In this document: positions 49,501 through 57,535 of the stretch, piece after piece
Layout: each line of letters begins with the position of its first letter
Numbering within the stretch: position 1 is the first letter of the stretch
Origin: an uncultured Collinsella sp.
GTDB lineage: Bacteria; Actinomycetota; Coriobacteriia; Coriobacteriales; Coriobacteriaceae
Length of the DNA: 64,000 nt
Direction of reading: 5' to 3'
Assembly (NCBI GenBank): GCA_900757465.1
Contig: CAAENY010000146.1
Location: 13,630 to 77,629 of the forward strand
The notes under the pieces: model-generated
The model's input: only the letters and a program-made list of their open reading frames with translations
What the model was told of the DNA's origin: nothing
The model's database searches: none
Position numbers and translations under genes: made by a program

Positions 49501-51982
49501 CGGGGAGCGTATAGCTGGGGTCGCGGCTTACGCGCACCTCGAGCGGGGCATCCTCGGTTCCCTTGTTTTCATACCAACCCAGGAAACGATAGCCGTCGGG
49601 CAGCTGGCCCTCCTCGGATATAGCTTTACCGGATACGTCGAGCACCTGTACGGTATACGCGCTTGTGCCATCTTCTGCAGTCTCAACCTTAACGTCAGTT
49701 TTGCCCACACCGTCGCGCCGAGTCTGATCGTCGGTTGCATCCTGCTCATTGCCCTCAAACACCGTCATGATGTTCGACACATAGTCGGTGTACACCGGAT
49801 AAAAATCGGTAGGACCAAGCACAGTGATCTCGGTGCCGGCAGGATAGAACGCACCGGCGTTTTTTAGCTCGGCAAGCTTAGGCGAGGTGATGGCCGCGTA
49901 ACCGCCATGCATCCCGGCCTCGCCACTCGGCTGCGTCGTCCAACCGATAAAGGTGGCGCTGGCAGAAAGAGTGCCGCGGTCCGCAGGGGCAGCCGGCGTT
50001 AAACCGACGCCATAGCGGTACCAGTCCGTCGACTTGTCGTGCTCCTCGCCGCTCTGCCACGAGAGCGTCTTGCCCTTGACGTTATAGAACAGCACCTGCG
50101 CCTCGTACGAAGCAATAAACAGGTCGTTGCCCTTAAAGGCCTCGGCCCCCTTCGCGTTATCGGCGGTATAGGTCGACGTTTTCTCGTGCGCTTCGTTCTT
50201 CTGGACCTGCTTGCCAGCCTTAACGGCATCGGCATCGGTCTTGCCGTTAAACCAGCTGCTGTCATGATCGATGCGGTTCACTTTAACCCCGGGCTCGCGG
50301 AACCAGCCCATGAAGCGATAACCGCCGTTGGCATCGGTCAAACCCTTGGGCTTTGCGGAGGTATCCTGCTTAAACGTTACCGATGTATCGCCCTGGGCCA
50401 AGCCCTGAGCCGTTCCCGCCAGCACGGCGCTCACGGCAAAAGCGTACGGATCCGAAGTCGCCTGATCAATACCGAGTTTGGTCGCCTCGATTGTCGCGGT
50501 ACCCGCACCGGGAAAATCGATCGTCGCCTTAACGCTTTGGCCATGCACGGGGATATTCAGCTTGTAATCCATCGCCCACTCATTGGTGTGCTGGCCACCC
50601 AGGGCATCGTCGTTGGCGGTCGAGCGCATGGTGCGGGCACAGAAGTCGTAGTCGTGCTCTTCCCATAGCTCACGCGTGATGTAGCGCTCGTCGTCCCACG
50701 GGCCATAGCCGTCGCCCTTAGTGGTACCGTCGCCGCCAAACGCGGGGATTTTCTTTTTAGCGGGATTACCCTGGCTATTGCCATTCAAGCTCACGCTCGG
50801 TTTAAAGTAGCACTCGGTGACCGTGGCATCATCCTTGTTAGCGCGCGCAGCAATACCGCCCAGGTTCACATCGTTTTGAATGATGGGGATCACGGCGATG
50901 GGATTGTACTGACGCGAGCTCAAGTCACCCGCAAAATGGCTTCGAACGAGCTCGTTGCCCTTTTCGGTTAGAATACGACCCGCCAAGCCACCCGTCCACG
51001 CGCGCGTCACGGCGACGACGCCCACGTACGACGCGGCATAGCTGTAGCACTGCGCCGTCGAGAAGCAGTCGATAATCTTGGCGTTACCCGCCATGCAGCC
51101 CACAAAACCCGAGGCATACACGTTGTTGCCGCCCAATGCGCCAATGGCCACGTCGTACTTATTGGTGACGTCGGTCATGCCATTCGCGGCAATCGAGCCG
51201 TCGTCCTTACGCGTCGGCGTCACGCGGCAGTACTCGATAGTCGAGTTCTTAACGTAGCCGGCAAACGCCGCCATATACAGACCCTCACCGCCGAGCGCCT
51301 GCACGCCCGAGGTCGCATTGTTGACGGCACGGCCGCCACGGACCTCGCAGTTGTAGAGGGTGCAGCCGTCGAGCTCGGCGGCGATGAGACCGCCCTCAAA
51401 GCCTGCGTTGGTAATGAGGTTGAGAGCATTGTTGGCGCAGGTCACGTGCAGCGTGCTCTCCATGACCATAACGTTTTCGAAGCGCGTATTGACGGCCTTG
51501 CCCACGATAATGCCACCGCGGAAGTCCGCCCACACGTTGGCGTCCTTGACCAGGAAGTTTTTGATGGTGGCACCGTTGGTCTCGGCAAAAAATCCCGTAT
51601 CGCGCTCGGGGTCAAAAGCGTCTTTATCGTAGTTCAGGCCCTCAACGGTGTGGTTTTGACCATCGAACACGCCCTTAAACGGATGCTCCTTGTTGCCAAA
51701 CGACAGATGCTTAACGGTGTTTGCAACGATGGCTTTCATGTCGTCGCTGTTGAGCTCAATGTCGTTATCGAGATAAACGTGCCAGCCGGACGTATCGCGC
51801 TCGCGCGACAGCGCCACGTACGCCAAAAAGTCGTTCGCATTTTTGATGTGATATTCGTTTTTGTTCTCGGGCACGTCCTCGGCATGCACTGACGTTGGCA
51901 GCGCCATAACGCAGCAAAGGACAATCGCTGCGACGGCAACCAGCCTGCTAAGCATGCCCCGGTTTATGTTCTTGATCTTCAT
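46520..51982 (-). CDS. 1820-aa secreted adhesin-like protein (beta-helix/GLUG-like N-terminus, InlB B-repeat-like F.GW modules)
   Basis: Signal peptide ending VHA, PFKGVFDGQNH, repeated GY(R/K)F.GW and Y.ARFE/YPVY; no LPXTG or TM anchor. Confidence 0.85.
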   Translation of the reverse strand: MKIKNINRGMLSRLVAVAAIVLCCVMALPTSVHAEDVPENKNEYHIKNANDFLAYVALSRERDTSGWHVYLDNDIELNSDDMKAIVANTVKHLSFGNKEHPFKGVFDGQNHTVEGLNYDKDAFDPERDTGFFAETNGATIKNFLVKDANVWADFRGGIIVGKAVNTRFENVMVMESTLHVTCANNALNLITNAGFEGGLIAAELDGCTLYNCEVRGGRAVNNATSGVQALGGEGLYMAAFAGYVKNSTIEYCRVTPTRKDDGSIAANGMTDVTNKYDVAIGALGGNNVYASGFVGCMAGNAKIIDCFSTAQCYSYAASYVGVVAVTRAWTGGLAGRILTEKGNELVRSHFAGDLSSRQYNPIAVIPIIQNDVNLGGIAARANKDDATVTECYFKPSVSLNGNSQGNPAKKKIPAFGGDGTTKGDGYGPWDDERYITRELWEEHDYDFCARTMRSTANDDALGGQHTNEWAMDYKLNIPVHGQSVKATIDFPGAGTATIEATKLGIDQATSDPYAFAVSAVLAGTAQGLAQGDTSVTFKQDTSAKPKGLTDANGGYRFMGWFREPGVKVNRIDHDSSWFNGKTDADAVKAGKQVQKNEAHEKTSTYTADNAKGAEAFKGNDLFIASYEAQVLFYNVKGKTLSWQSGEEHDKSTDWYRYGVGLTPAAPADRGTLSASATFIGWTTQPSGEAGMHGGYAAITSPKLAELKNAGAFYPAGTEITVLGPTDFYPVYTDYVSNIMTVFEGNEQDATDDQTRRDGVGKTDVKVETAEDGTSAYTVQVLDVSGKAISEEGQLPDGYRFLGWYENKGTEDAPLEVRVSRDPSYTLPADVDLTAPHTYIARFEYRVDYYVRAYTNHEFTDSKLLCSVWNRYQTPFEENVGSTFVRENVVHWGPEHVDHGIKDSYETCGTRFTKETLVVSPLNAYSHNVKNDTGADTLKNLYADTDFPGAATLSDTWTSASLNVTVKPVNDRYRLNFWTLERDGEYWTYVKNPIESMVRTDKKYYVRAMITTDVNFYNKGDNVVRTATRRYESNLLQTKVNGADPTFTYYYPHVNKSVKVAEKPEDGEKGSYESPLTLEASPTDADMAVPGYKFLGWISTAEVQKDSDVWKYIYDVEGDSFTTSDPDKAEPYLVKPDFKVTQWQDAYPVYAKYDVRYTTNLYRAGFKGTDKVNVPRYDIDPVINAGTDPATATVTPDVTTPVYKAGGELYKLQKVEIELPNGEAEEIEPNGDNSYSHQVEPGGAYTFVAYYSPLAVVYHLNAKDVDGKVAQQGDMLGNLDGSIPKPTYDVSAIDRDTGGAFNAFVGWTEAKPAPGKGYVAWSEGIRMVSASTVVRAPMELYPVYRPSLVTVQSNIDSNLANPALVRGLGRTDSGDQISLEVKAVKEVVGIDGTKYDFAGWSRDYDSDGKYTLLTDDEKYPLEGSEPFESVTYTAVYKIAPYKVRYHGVDGSVVFTATVDSDGERATGAGFVHNVDVPKVDESGNPVYDNDGNPEMEKKSVAYDPDAHSKIVALLDERAASGDVRELFLEWRYVPDGGAAKSWDEFKDESVKGDMDLYPVTYRVVAKDTSDPENHVTMTTAQLKWLLDPNAANTVDNSADKAPFKVCFAEPFMGTQLTVTVKRASYGPDASMTEEPVNDQYVSLYSLGSGNGSFDLANRLESKKTGEGKQGDGNAVFDFAKTHALTIVKKTTDASAMGQTFRFKVARKASEDSPAETRMVEVKVSERRDEDGETWYVGSVQFAAPTGIYTVEEDTNWAWRYEGELSTPGKAPGKSAELTISSASSAGDAVVTCVNTRANDKWVDGGSRARNVWKNGTLKKED

Positions 51983-51985
51983 AGG

Positions 51986-52645
51986 CTAGTTCGCCTCCGG
52001 CCAGCCCACGACGTCAAGCACGTCGAGGACGGTATCGCTTGCATGCTGGTTTTTGGCCTGCACGGCCTGAACATCGATATCGAGCCTGAATGAGCCGCCG
52101 CGTGCGGCATCGTGGTAGTCGCCCACAAAGCGCAGCGAGTCCATGAGGCTCTCCGTCATGGCGCCGGGGTCGAGCATGCCGCCACGTCCGGCCAAGCCGC
52201 GGTAGTAGTACCACCCATCGCTGCCATCGATCCACGGGGATCCCTCGCCCACGTTCACATGAAACGCAACGCTGCCCGAGGCATCCGCTCTCGAACCGTC
52301 GGGCGCCACTGACGTCATGCGCAGACGCGCGCGAACGTACTCAGGCTGCGCGCCGACGTTCTCCACGCGCACAATGCGGCTGATGTCAGAGCCCCCGGCC
52401 TTGGTGTCGGGATAGTCCCCGTGTTCGTTGGGCTCAAACGGAATCTCCTCGCCCTGCTCGTTGAGAGTGTATTCGCAGACTCGTACCTTCACGCTGCCAA
52501 ACGATAGAACGTTGTTCGCCGGAACCATATCAACGGTAAAAGCCAGCGTGCCGCACAGACACGCCAGGGCCAACAGCGCAATCGCGGTAAGCGCCAAGGT
52601 GCGTTTCTGATTGTCGGAAAGATTGTTGAGCATTACGTTCGCCAA
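51986..52645 (-). CDS. SipW-dependent TasA/CalY-like subunit
   Basis: G-TLAFT, NVLSFG, VENVGAQPEYVRA, DGWYYY, VQAVQA; start may be ATG 52633. Confidence 0.82.
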   Translation of the reverse strand: MANVMLNNLSDNQKRTLALTAIALLALACLCGTLAFTVDMVPANNVLSFGSVKVRVCEYTLNEQGEEIPFEPNEHGDYPDTKAGGSDISRIVRVENVGAQPEYVRARLRMTSVAPDGSRADASGSVAFHVNVGEGSPWIDGSDGWYYYRGLAGRGGMLDPGAMTESLMDSLRFVGDYHDAARGGSFRLDIDVQAVQAKNQHASDTVLDVLDVVGWPEAN

Positions 52646-52662
52646 TCGTCGATCAAAGGGGA

Positions 52663-52712
52663 ACCGAGATCCCGGCCCGAATATAGGGGTGGGGGCGGGC
52701 CGGGATCTCGGT
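52663..52712 (-). terminator. Intra-operon hairpin after the first subunit gene
   Basis: 17-bp GC-rich stem ACCGAGATCCCGGCCCG with weak U tail. Confidence 0.65.
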
Positions 52713-52722
52713 GGGGGTGGGA

Positions 52723-53451
52723 TTACTTCAGGCTGTTATTCGGGTCGTTAACCCAAGCCTTGGCCTGGTTGATGGCGTTATCGGCAGCGGAGGTGCTACC
52801 GTCCTTCTGGTCGGCACCGAAGATGAAGGCAGAAACAACAATCTCAGGCTTAGCCTCGCCCGAAACAACGTCCTCTTTCGTCATTGCGCCGGGAATCATC
52901 ACCTCGCTAAAGAGCTCGCCGGTGTAGACGTCCGCGGTGGCGCCCTTGGCACCCAGAACCGCGGGGCCACTCGTAGCACCCTTGGCATACATGAACAGAC
53001 CGCTCACATACTTGCCATCAGCGTTCTTCTTGGTCTCGCCTTCGACCGGCTTCCAATTGGAACCGAGGTCAAAGCACGGAGTCTTGGTGTAGGGCTCGCT
53101 ATCGTTGACCACAGCGTTCTTTACATAGATGAACACAAAGGCGTCGTCGGAACCCTTCTTAATGCCAACGTTCGGGTTCTTATCCATCGAAGAACCGGGG
53201 ACCATCTTGTGTTCTTCGTCCTCTTTCCACGCAGTCTCGAACAGGTAAGCATTGCCGCCAGGCTCCGTGCCAGGCTGCTCAGGGTTATCCGGATCAGGCT
53301 TCTTCTCGGGAGTCTCAAATTTCCCAATCGTAAACACGTTCTGCAGGGACTGCGTCGCCGTCAGCCATGCATACGTTCCCACACCGGCAGCCAGTACCAA
53401 CAGCAGCAGGGCGGCAATGATGCCGTAGCGCTTTTTCTTCTTGTTTTCCAT
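52723..53451 (-). CDS. SipW-dependent TasA/CalY-like subunit (putative major subunit)
   Basis: KKKKR + hydrophobic + G-TYAWLT, NVFTIG, MVPG...KNPNV; AAAGGA RBS. Confidence 0.88.
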   Translation of the reverse strand: MENKKKKRYGIIAALLLLVLAAGVGTYAWLTATQSLQNVFTIGKFETPEKKPDPDNPEQPGTEPGGNAYLFETAWKEDEEHKMVPGSSMDKNPNVGIKKGSDDAFVFIYVKNAVVNDSEPYTKTPCFDLGSNWKPVEGETKKNADGKYVSGLFMYAKGATSGPAVLGAKGATADVYTGELFSEVMIPGAMTKEDVVSGEAKPEIVVSAFIFGADQKDGSTSAADNAINQAKAWVNDPNNSLK

Positions 53452-53521
53452 CGTTCTCTTCCTTTCGAGAATCGTTTTCCCCGGCAACGGCCCCTACCGC
53501 CGCCGACGCTTTTCCCTGCCG

Positions 53522-54079
53522 CTATGAACGCCGCTCCCTCGCATGCACGCGGGCATGCTTGCCCGCAGGCTCGTCGGGAACCATCCGATCGAGCACTATC
53601 GACGCCGTGATCAGCAGCGCCAGAACGGCCACCACAACAAGCAAACCGGGCATCGTCGTGCAATAAGCGTTGACGAAGCCCAGGTAAGGGACACAAAAAG
53701 AAACAGTGCCGATCACGCGCGAAAATGGCGTCTGCTCGGCATCGTGCATGATGCTTCCATCTGCATTTTTGTTTGCAATGCCCTGCGTGCCGATCATCTG
53801 CGCGGCAGGGTCGATCTCGTACACCTGGTGCGTCACCACGGCGCCATCCGATCGGTAAAAGGTTGCATTGTCACCCACGGCAATATCCGCTGGCTCAACC
53901 TGGCGAACAAACACCATGGAGCCAACGGGAAGCTCGGGTTCCATAGAGCCCGAGAGCACAGCAAAGGGCATGTATCCAAATGCACGAGGAACAAAAGAAA
54001 CAACGGCAAGGGCTATGACAAGCGCGAACGCCAAGCTACTCAAAAGTGCAATAAATCGTTTGAGTCTACGCGCCGTCAA
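53522..54079 (-). CDS. sipW: Signal peptidase I, SipW/ER type
   Basis: VLSGSMEP, GD, VTHQV (Ser-His dyad), VPYLG, N- and C-terminal TM helices. Confidence 0.88.
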   Translation of the reverse strand: MTARRLKRFIALLSSLAFALVIALAVVSFVPRAFGYMPFAVLSGSMEPELPVGSMVFVRQVEPADIAVGDNATFYRSDGAVVTHQVYEIDPAAQMIGTQGIANKNADGSIMHDAEQTPFSRVIGTVSFCVPYLGFVNAYCTTMPGLLVVVAVLALLITASIVLDRMVPDEPAGKHARVHARERRS

Positions 54080-54377
54080 AGTGATAATTCATCCCCCTTG
54101 AGGCCTTATTCGACCCATCCAAAGGTCAGCAAGTTTCAACAGGAACCGCAAGGCGCTTGAAAAGTGAGTCCGAAATAAGCCAATTTGGAATCTTTTCGTA
54201 ATAAAAACATAGCGATGTGCTACACATTTTTCAATGTTATGTCGCCAAATGCTACCTATTTTGGCGTAAGTGGTCATCTCTACCAAAATTGGCCTGCTTT
54301 ATCCAATACTTACGACTAACCCCCTACGCAACTTCCCCATAGAAGGTTCGATTTTTTGCGAAACTAAAATAATGGTA

Positions 54378-54386
54378 CCCCCCCCC
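54378..54386. repeat. C9 homopolymer in AT-rich region upstream of sipW
   Basis: GGTA-CCCCCCCCC-ACATT. Confidence 0.85.
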
Positions 54387-54482
54387 ACATTAAAACAAAC
54401 TACTGGAAGTGTCATTTATTTCCGACCCCTCTTTGCCGGAGTTTTATGACAGCCCCATGTAGTTCGCAGCCCATAATCCTCT

Positions 54483-54714
54483 GAGAACCGTGTCCCAGAA
54501 TTCACGTCCGGAGTGGGATGCGGCTTCCGCTTGTGGCCCCGTTGGGAAACCACATCCCACTCCGATCACAAATTCCGGGTCGCACTTTCCGCCAAGACCC
54601 TCAACCGGAAAGCACATCCCGTTTCTCAGCCGAATACTGGGATGCATTTTCCGCAGAGCCCCTCAACCGGAAACTGCATCCCATTCCAAAGACAAATTCC
54701 GGGACACAGCTTCC
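54483..54714. repeat. Four degenerate 62-bp units, each an internal inverted repeat
   Basis: Units start at 54483, 54545, 54607 and 54669; 14-bp arm GGAAAnnnCATCCC, 18-nt loop, 14-bp complementary arm. Confidence 0.8.
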
Positions 54715-54800
54715 ACAACCCCGTGTTAAGAAAAAAGCCTCGAGAATCTCGAGGCTTTCACGTTTGTACGATTGAACGCGCGGCACCGCAAGCGGCGAAG

Positions 54801-55352
54801 TTATTCGCCCAAAACGGCCTTTTTTGCGGCTGCAGCCATGTTATCCAGGTCTTCCTTGGTGGGATGGTCCTTCGCGGCAACCCAGTTGTCGAGCAGCATC
54901 TTAAATCGGACGTTTTCGGGATCTTGCTCGAGCATGGCCTCGTAGCGCTGCTTGACCGCGGGGCCCATCTTGCCCTGGCACATCGCCCAGCCCGCAAGCT
55001 CGGCATCCCCAGCCAAATTGGAAGTTACGCGATCAATAATCTGCTGGTAATAGCTCTGGTCGGCCCCAAAGCCGCAGGTGCCAAACAGAAAGACGCGCTT
55101 GCCGTGCAAGACGGAGAGCAACGCCGCGACCGAAGGCGTGCACGCGCCCTTGTCGCACCAAAAACCGACGAGCACTGTGTCGGCCGTGCAGGCGCCCTGC
55201 GCCTCGAGCGCAACCTGATCTGCATCCGCATCGTCGCTCAACGCCGCGGCATGGACAAACTCAACACCCGCAGCCTGCAGAGCGCGCTTGATCGCGCCCG
55301 AAACCATCCTGGTATTACCGCTCTTGCTGTTAACCACCAAAGAGCACGTCAT
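54801..55352 (-). CDS. Flavodoxin-like protein (resembles the BilS-type subfamily)
   Basis: SKSGNT, VGFWCDKG, FLFGTCG, MCQGKM, HP. Confidence 0.8.
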   Translation of the reverse strand: MTCSLVVNSKSGNTRMVSGAIKRALQAAGVEFVHAAALSDDADADQVALEAQGACTADTVLVGFWCDKGACTPSVAALLSVLHGKRVFLFGTCGFGADQSYYQQIIDRVTSNLAGDAELAGWAMCQGKMGPAVKQRYEAMLEQDPENVRFKMLLDNWVAAKDHPTKEDLDNMAAAAKKAVLGE

Positions 55353-55523
55353 AGTCACGTTGCCTCGTTTCCCCCAAAACTAAAGCCACTAATGCAATTT
55401 ATTAGATGAGTATCTTAGTACTAACGTGACAGATGTAAACCACCGTCTGTCGATTGGCGACGCAGACGACATCTTTGGACAGATTTCGAACAGTATGTAC
55501 TTCGGATTGAAACCGCCACAGAA

Positions 55524-55600
55524 CGTTTCACGAATGGCCGAAAAACTGTTTCACAAAACGCCGTCAAATTGCGTCACGGAGTATCGTCAAAATGTTTCAC
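55524..55600 (+). repeat. Four GTTTCAC-type boxes at 23-bp period
   Basis: GTTTCAC at 55525, 55548 and 55594; GCGTCAC at 55571. Confidence 0.65.
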
Positions 55601-55675
55601 GCGCTGGTAGAACGCTATATAACAAGATCGCTCTATGGGACAAACAAACCTGATTAATTTGCCCCACGGGCTTGC

Positions 55676-57535
55676 TCACTGGGCGAACTGGCTGCGGTAG
55701 AGTTCGGCGTAGAAGCCGTCTGCCGCCAGCAGCTCGTCGTGTGTGCCCCGCTCGATAATCTGGCCGTCGCGCATCACCAGAATGCAGTCGGCGTTGCGGA
55801 TGGTGCTCAGGCGGTGCGCCACGACAAAGCTTGTGCGACCGGCCATGAGCTCGTCGAATGCCGCCTGTACCTGCAGCTCGGTGCGCGTATCGATGCTCGA
55901 GGTAGCCTCGTCCAGCAGCAGGATCGCCGGGTCGGTGAGCATGACGCGCGCGATGCACAGCAGCTGCTTTTGGCCCTGGCTAAACGTTCCGCCGTCCTCG
56001 CCGATGACCGTATCGTAGCCACCTGGCAGCTGCACGATAAACTTGTGCGCGTGCGCGCGCTTGGCCGCCTCGATAACCTGCTCGCGCGTGGCATCCGGGC
56101 AACCGTAAGCGATGTTGTCCGCTACCGTGCCCTCGAGCAGCCAAGTGTCCTGCAGCACCATGCCAAAGGCGCGGCGCAGGCTCGCCCGTGTGTAGTCACG
56201 CGAGGACTTGCCATCGACCATGATGCGTCCGGCATCGATATCGTAAAAGCGCAGCAGCAAGTTGATGAGCGTCGTCTTGCCGCAGCCCGTGGGGCCGACC
56301 AGGGCAAAGCGCATGCCGGGTTTGGCGTCAATGCAAATGTCCTGCAGCAGCTTGCGGTCGGGCACGTAGCTAAAGTCCACATGCTCAAAGGCGACCTCGC
56401 CCTTCGGGGCGGCAAGCTCCGCGGCATCCGTCGCATCGGGCTCCTGCTCGCGCGCATCGAGCAGCGCAAACATGCGGCGCGCCGAGGCGTACGCGGTCTG
56501 GATCTGCGTAATGACGTTGGTGACCTCGTTGAACGGCTTGGTGTACTGGTTGGCGTAGGACAGGAAAATCTGCACGCCACCCACCGTGAGCGCCGCAGGC
56601 ACGCCCGTGATCACGCCCACGCAGCCGATCACAGCGACCACGGCATAAATGATGTTATTGATAAAGCGCGTGCCGGGGTTGGAGAGCGAACCCATAAACT
56701 GCGCGCGCTCGCCCGCGGTATAGAGCTCGGCATTGAGGGCATCGAAGCGCTGCTGAGCGTTGGGACCATAGGCAAAAGCGTCGACAAGCTTCTGCTCGCC
56801 CACGTACTCCTCGATATGACCACCGAGCTGGCCTTGAATGCGCTGCTGAGCCGTAAAGCTCTTGTTGGAGAGCTTGGCGATGGCGCCGGCGGCAAAGATG
56901 GAAAGCGGCGTGACGAGCACCACCACGAGCGTCATGGTCAGGTTAATGGAGAGCATAAACGCAAGCGTGCCCACGATGGTGATAACGCCGGTAAAGAGCT
57001 GCGTGAAGCCCTGCAGCAGACCGTCGCCGACCTGATCGACGTCGTTGACCACGCGGCTCATAAGGTCGCCGTGGGCATGACTGTCGATAAAGCTGAGCGG
57101 CATACGACTGAGCTTGTCGCTCGCCTCCACGCGCATGTCGCGCACCGTCTCGTAGGACAGGCGGTTGACGCAGTAGCCCTGCAGCCACTGGAAGGCCGCA
57201 GCACCTACGACGACAATCGCGAGCTTGGTAACGAGCGGCAGCAACGCGTCAAAGTCCACCTGCCCGGCGGCGACGATCAGGTCGATGCCCTCACCGATGA
57301 GAATCGGCGTGTAGAGCTGCAGAATCACGGAGATGGCGGCACTCACAAACGACGCAATAAACGAAATGCGATGCGGACGAACGTAGCCCATCAGACGGCG
57401 AGTCACCGCACCCACGGGATAGCGCTCGGGGTCGCCGGGCTGGCGTGGGCCGTCACCCAGGTCGTTGAGGTTATCGTTACCGGACACATTGGCCGTCATC
57501 GTGGCGACCGAACCGGAAGAAGTATACGGATTCAT
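55676..57535 (-). CDS. ABC exporter ATP-binding/permease subunit
   Basis: GPTGCGKT, FSQGQKQ, LDEATS, VAHRL. Confidence 0.95.
   Translation of the reverse strand: MNPYTSSGSVATMTANVSGNDNLNDLGDGPRQPGDPERYPVGAVTRRLMGYVRPHRISFIASFVSAAISVILQLYTPILIGEGIDLIVAAGQVDFDALLPLVTKLAIVVVGAAAFQWLQGYCVNRLSYETVRDMRVEASDKLSRMPLSFIDSHAHGDLMSRVVNDVDQVGDGLLQGFTQLFTGVITIVGTLAFMLSINLTMTLVVVLVTPLSIFAAGAIAKLSNKSFTAQQRIQGQLGGHIEEYVGEQKLVDAFAYGPNAQQRFDALNAELYTAGERAQFMGSLSNPGTRFINNIIYAVVAVIGCVGVITGVPAALTVGGVQIFLSYANQYTKPFNEVTNVITQIQTAYASARRMFALLDAREQEPDATDAAELAAPKGEVAFEHVDFSYVPDRKLLQDICIDAKPGMRFALVGPTGCGKTTLINLLLRFYDIDAGRIMVDGKSSRDYTRASLRRAFGMVLQDTWLLEGTVADNIAYGCPDATREQVIEAAKRAHAHKFIVQLPGGYDTVIGEDGGTFSQGQKQLLCIARVMLTDPAILLLDEATSSIDTRTELQVQAAFDELMAGRTSFVVAHRLSTIRNADCILVMRDGQIIERGTHDELLAADGFYAELYRSQFAQ

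Noticed and set aside
54483..54714. CRISPR array
   Set aside because: Repeats are degenerate, spacers resemble each other, one unit is inverted, and no cas genes are in the window
55524..55600. parS site
   Set aside because: Only half-sites; no full TGTTTCACGTGAAACA palindrome
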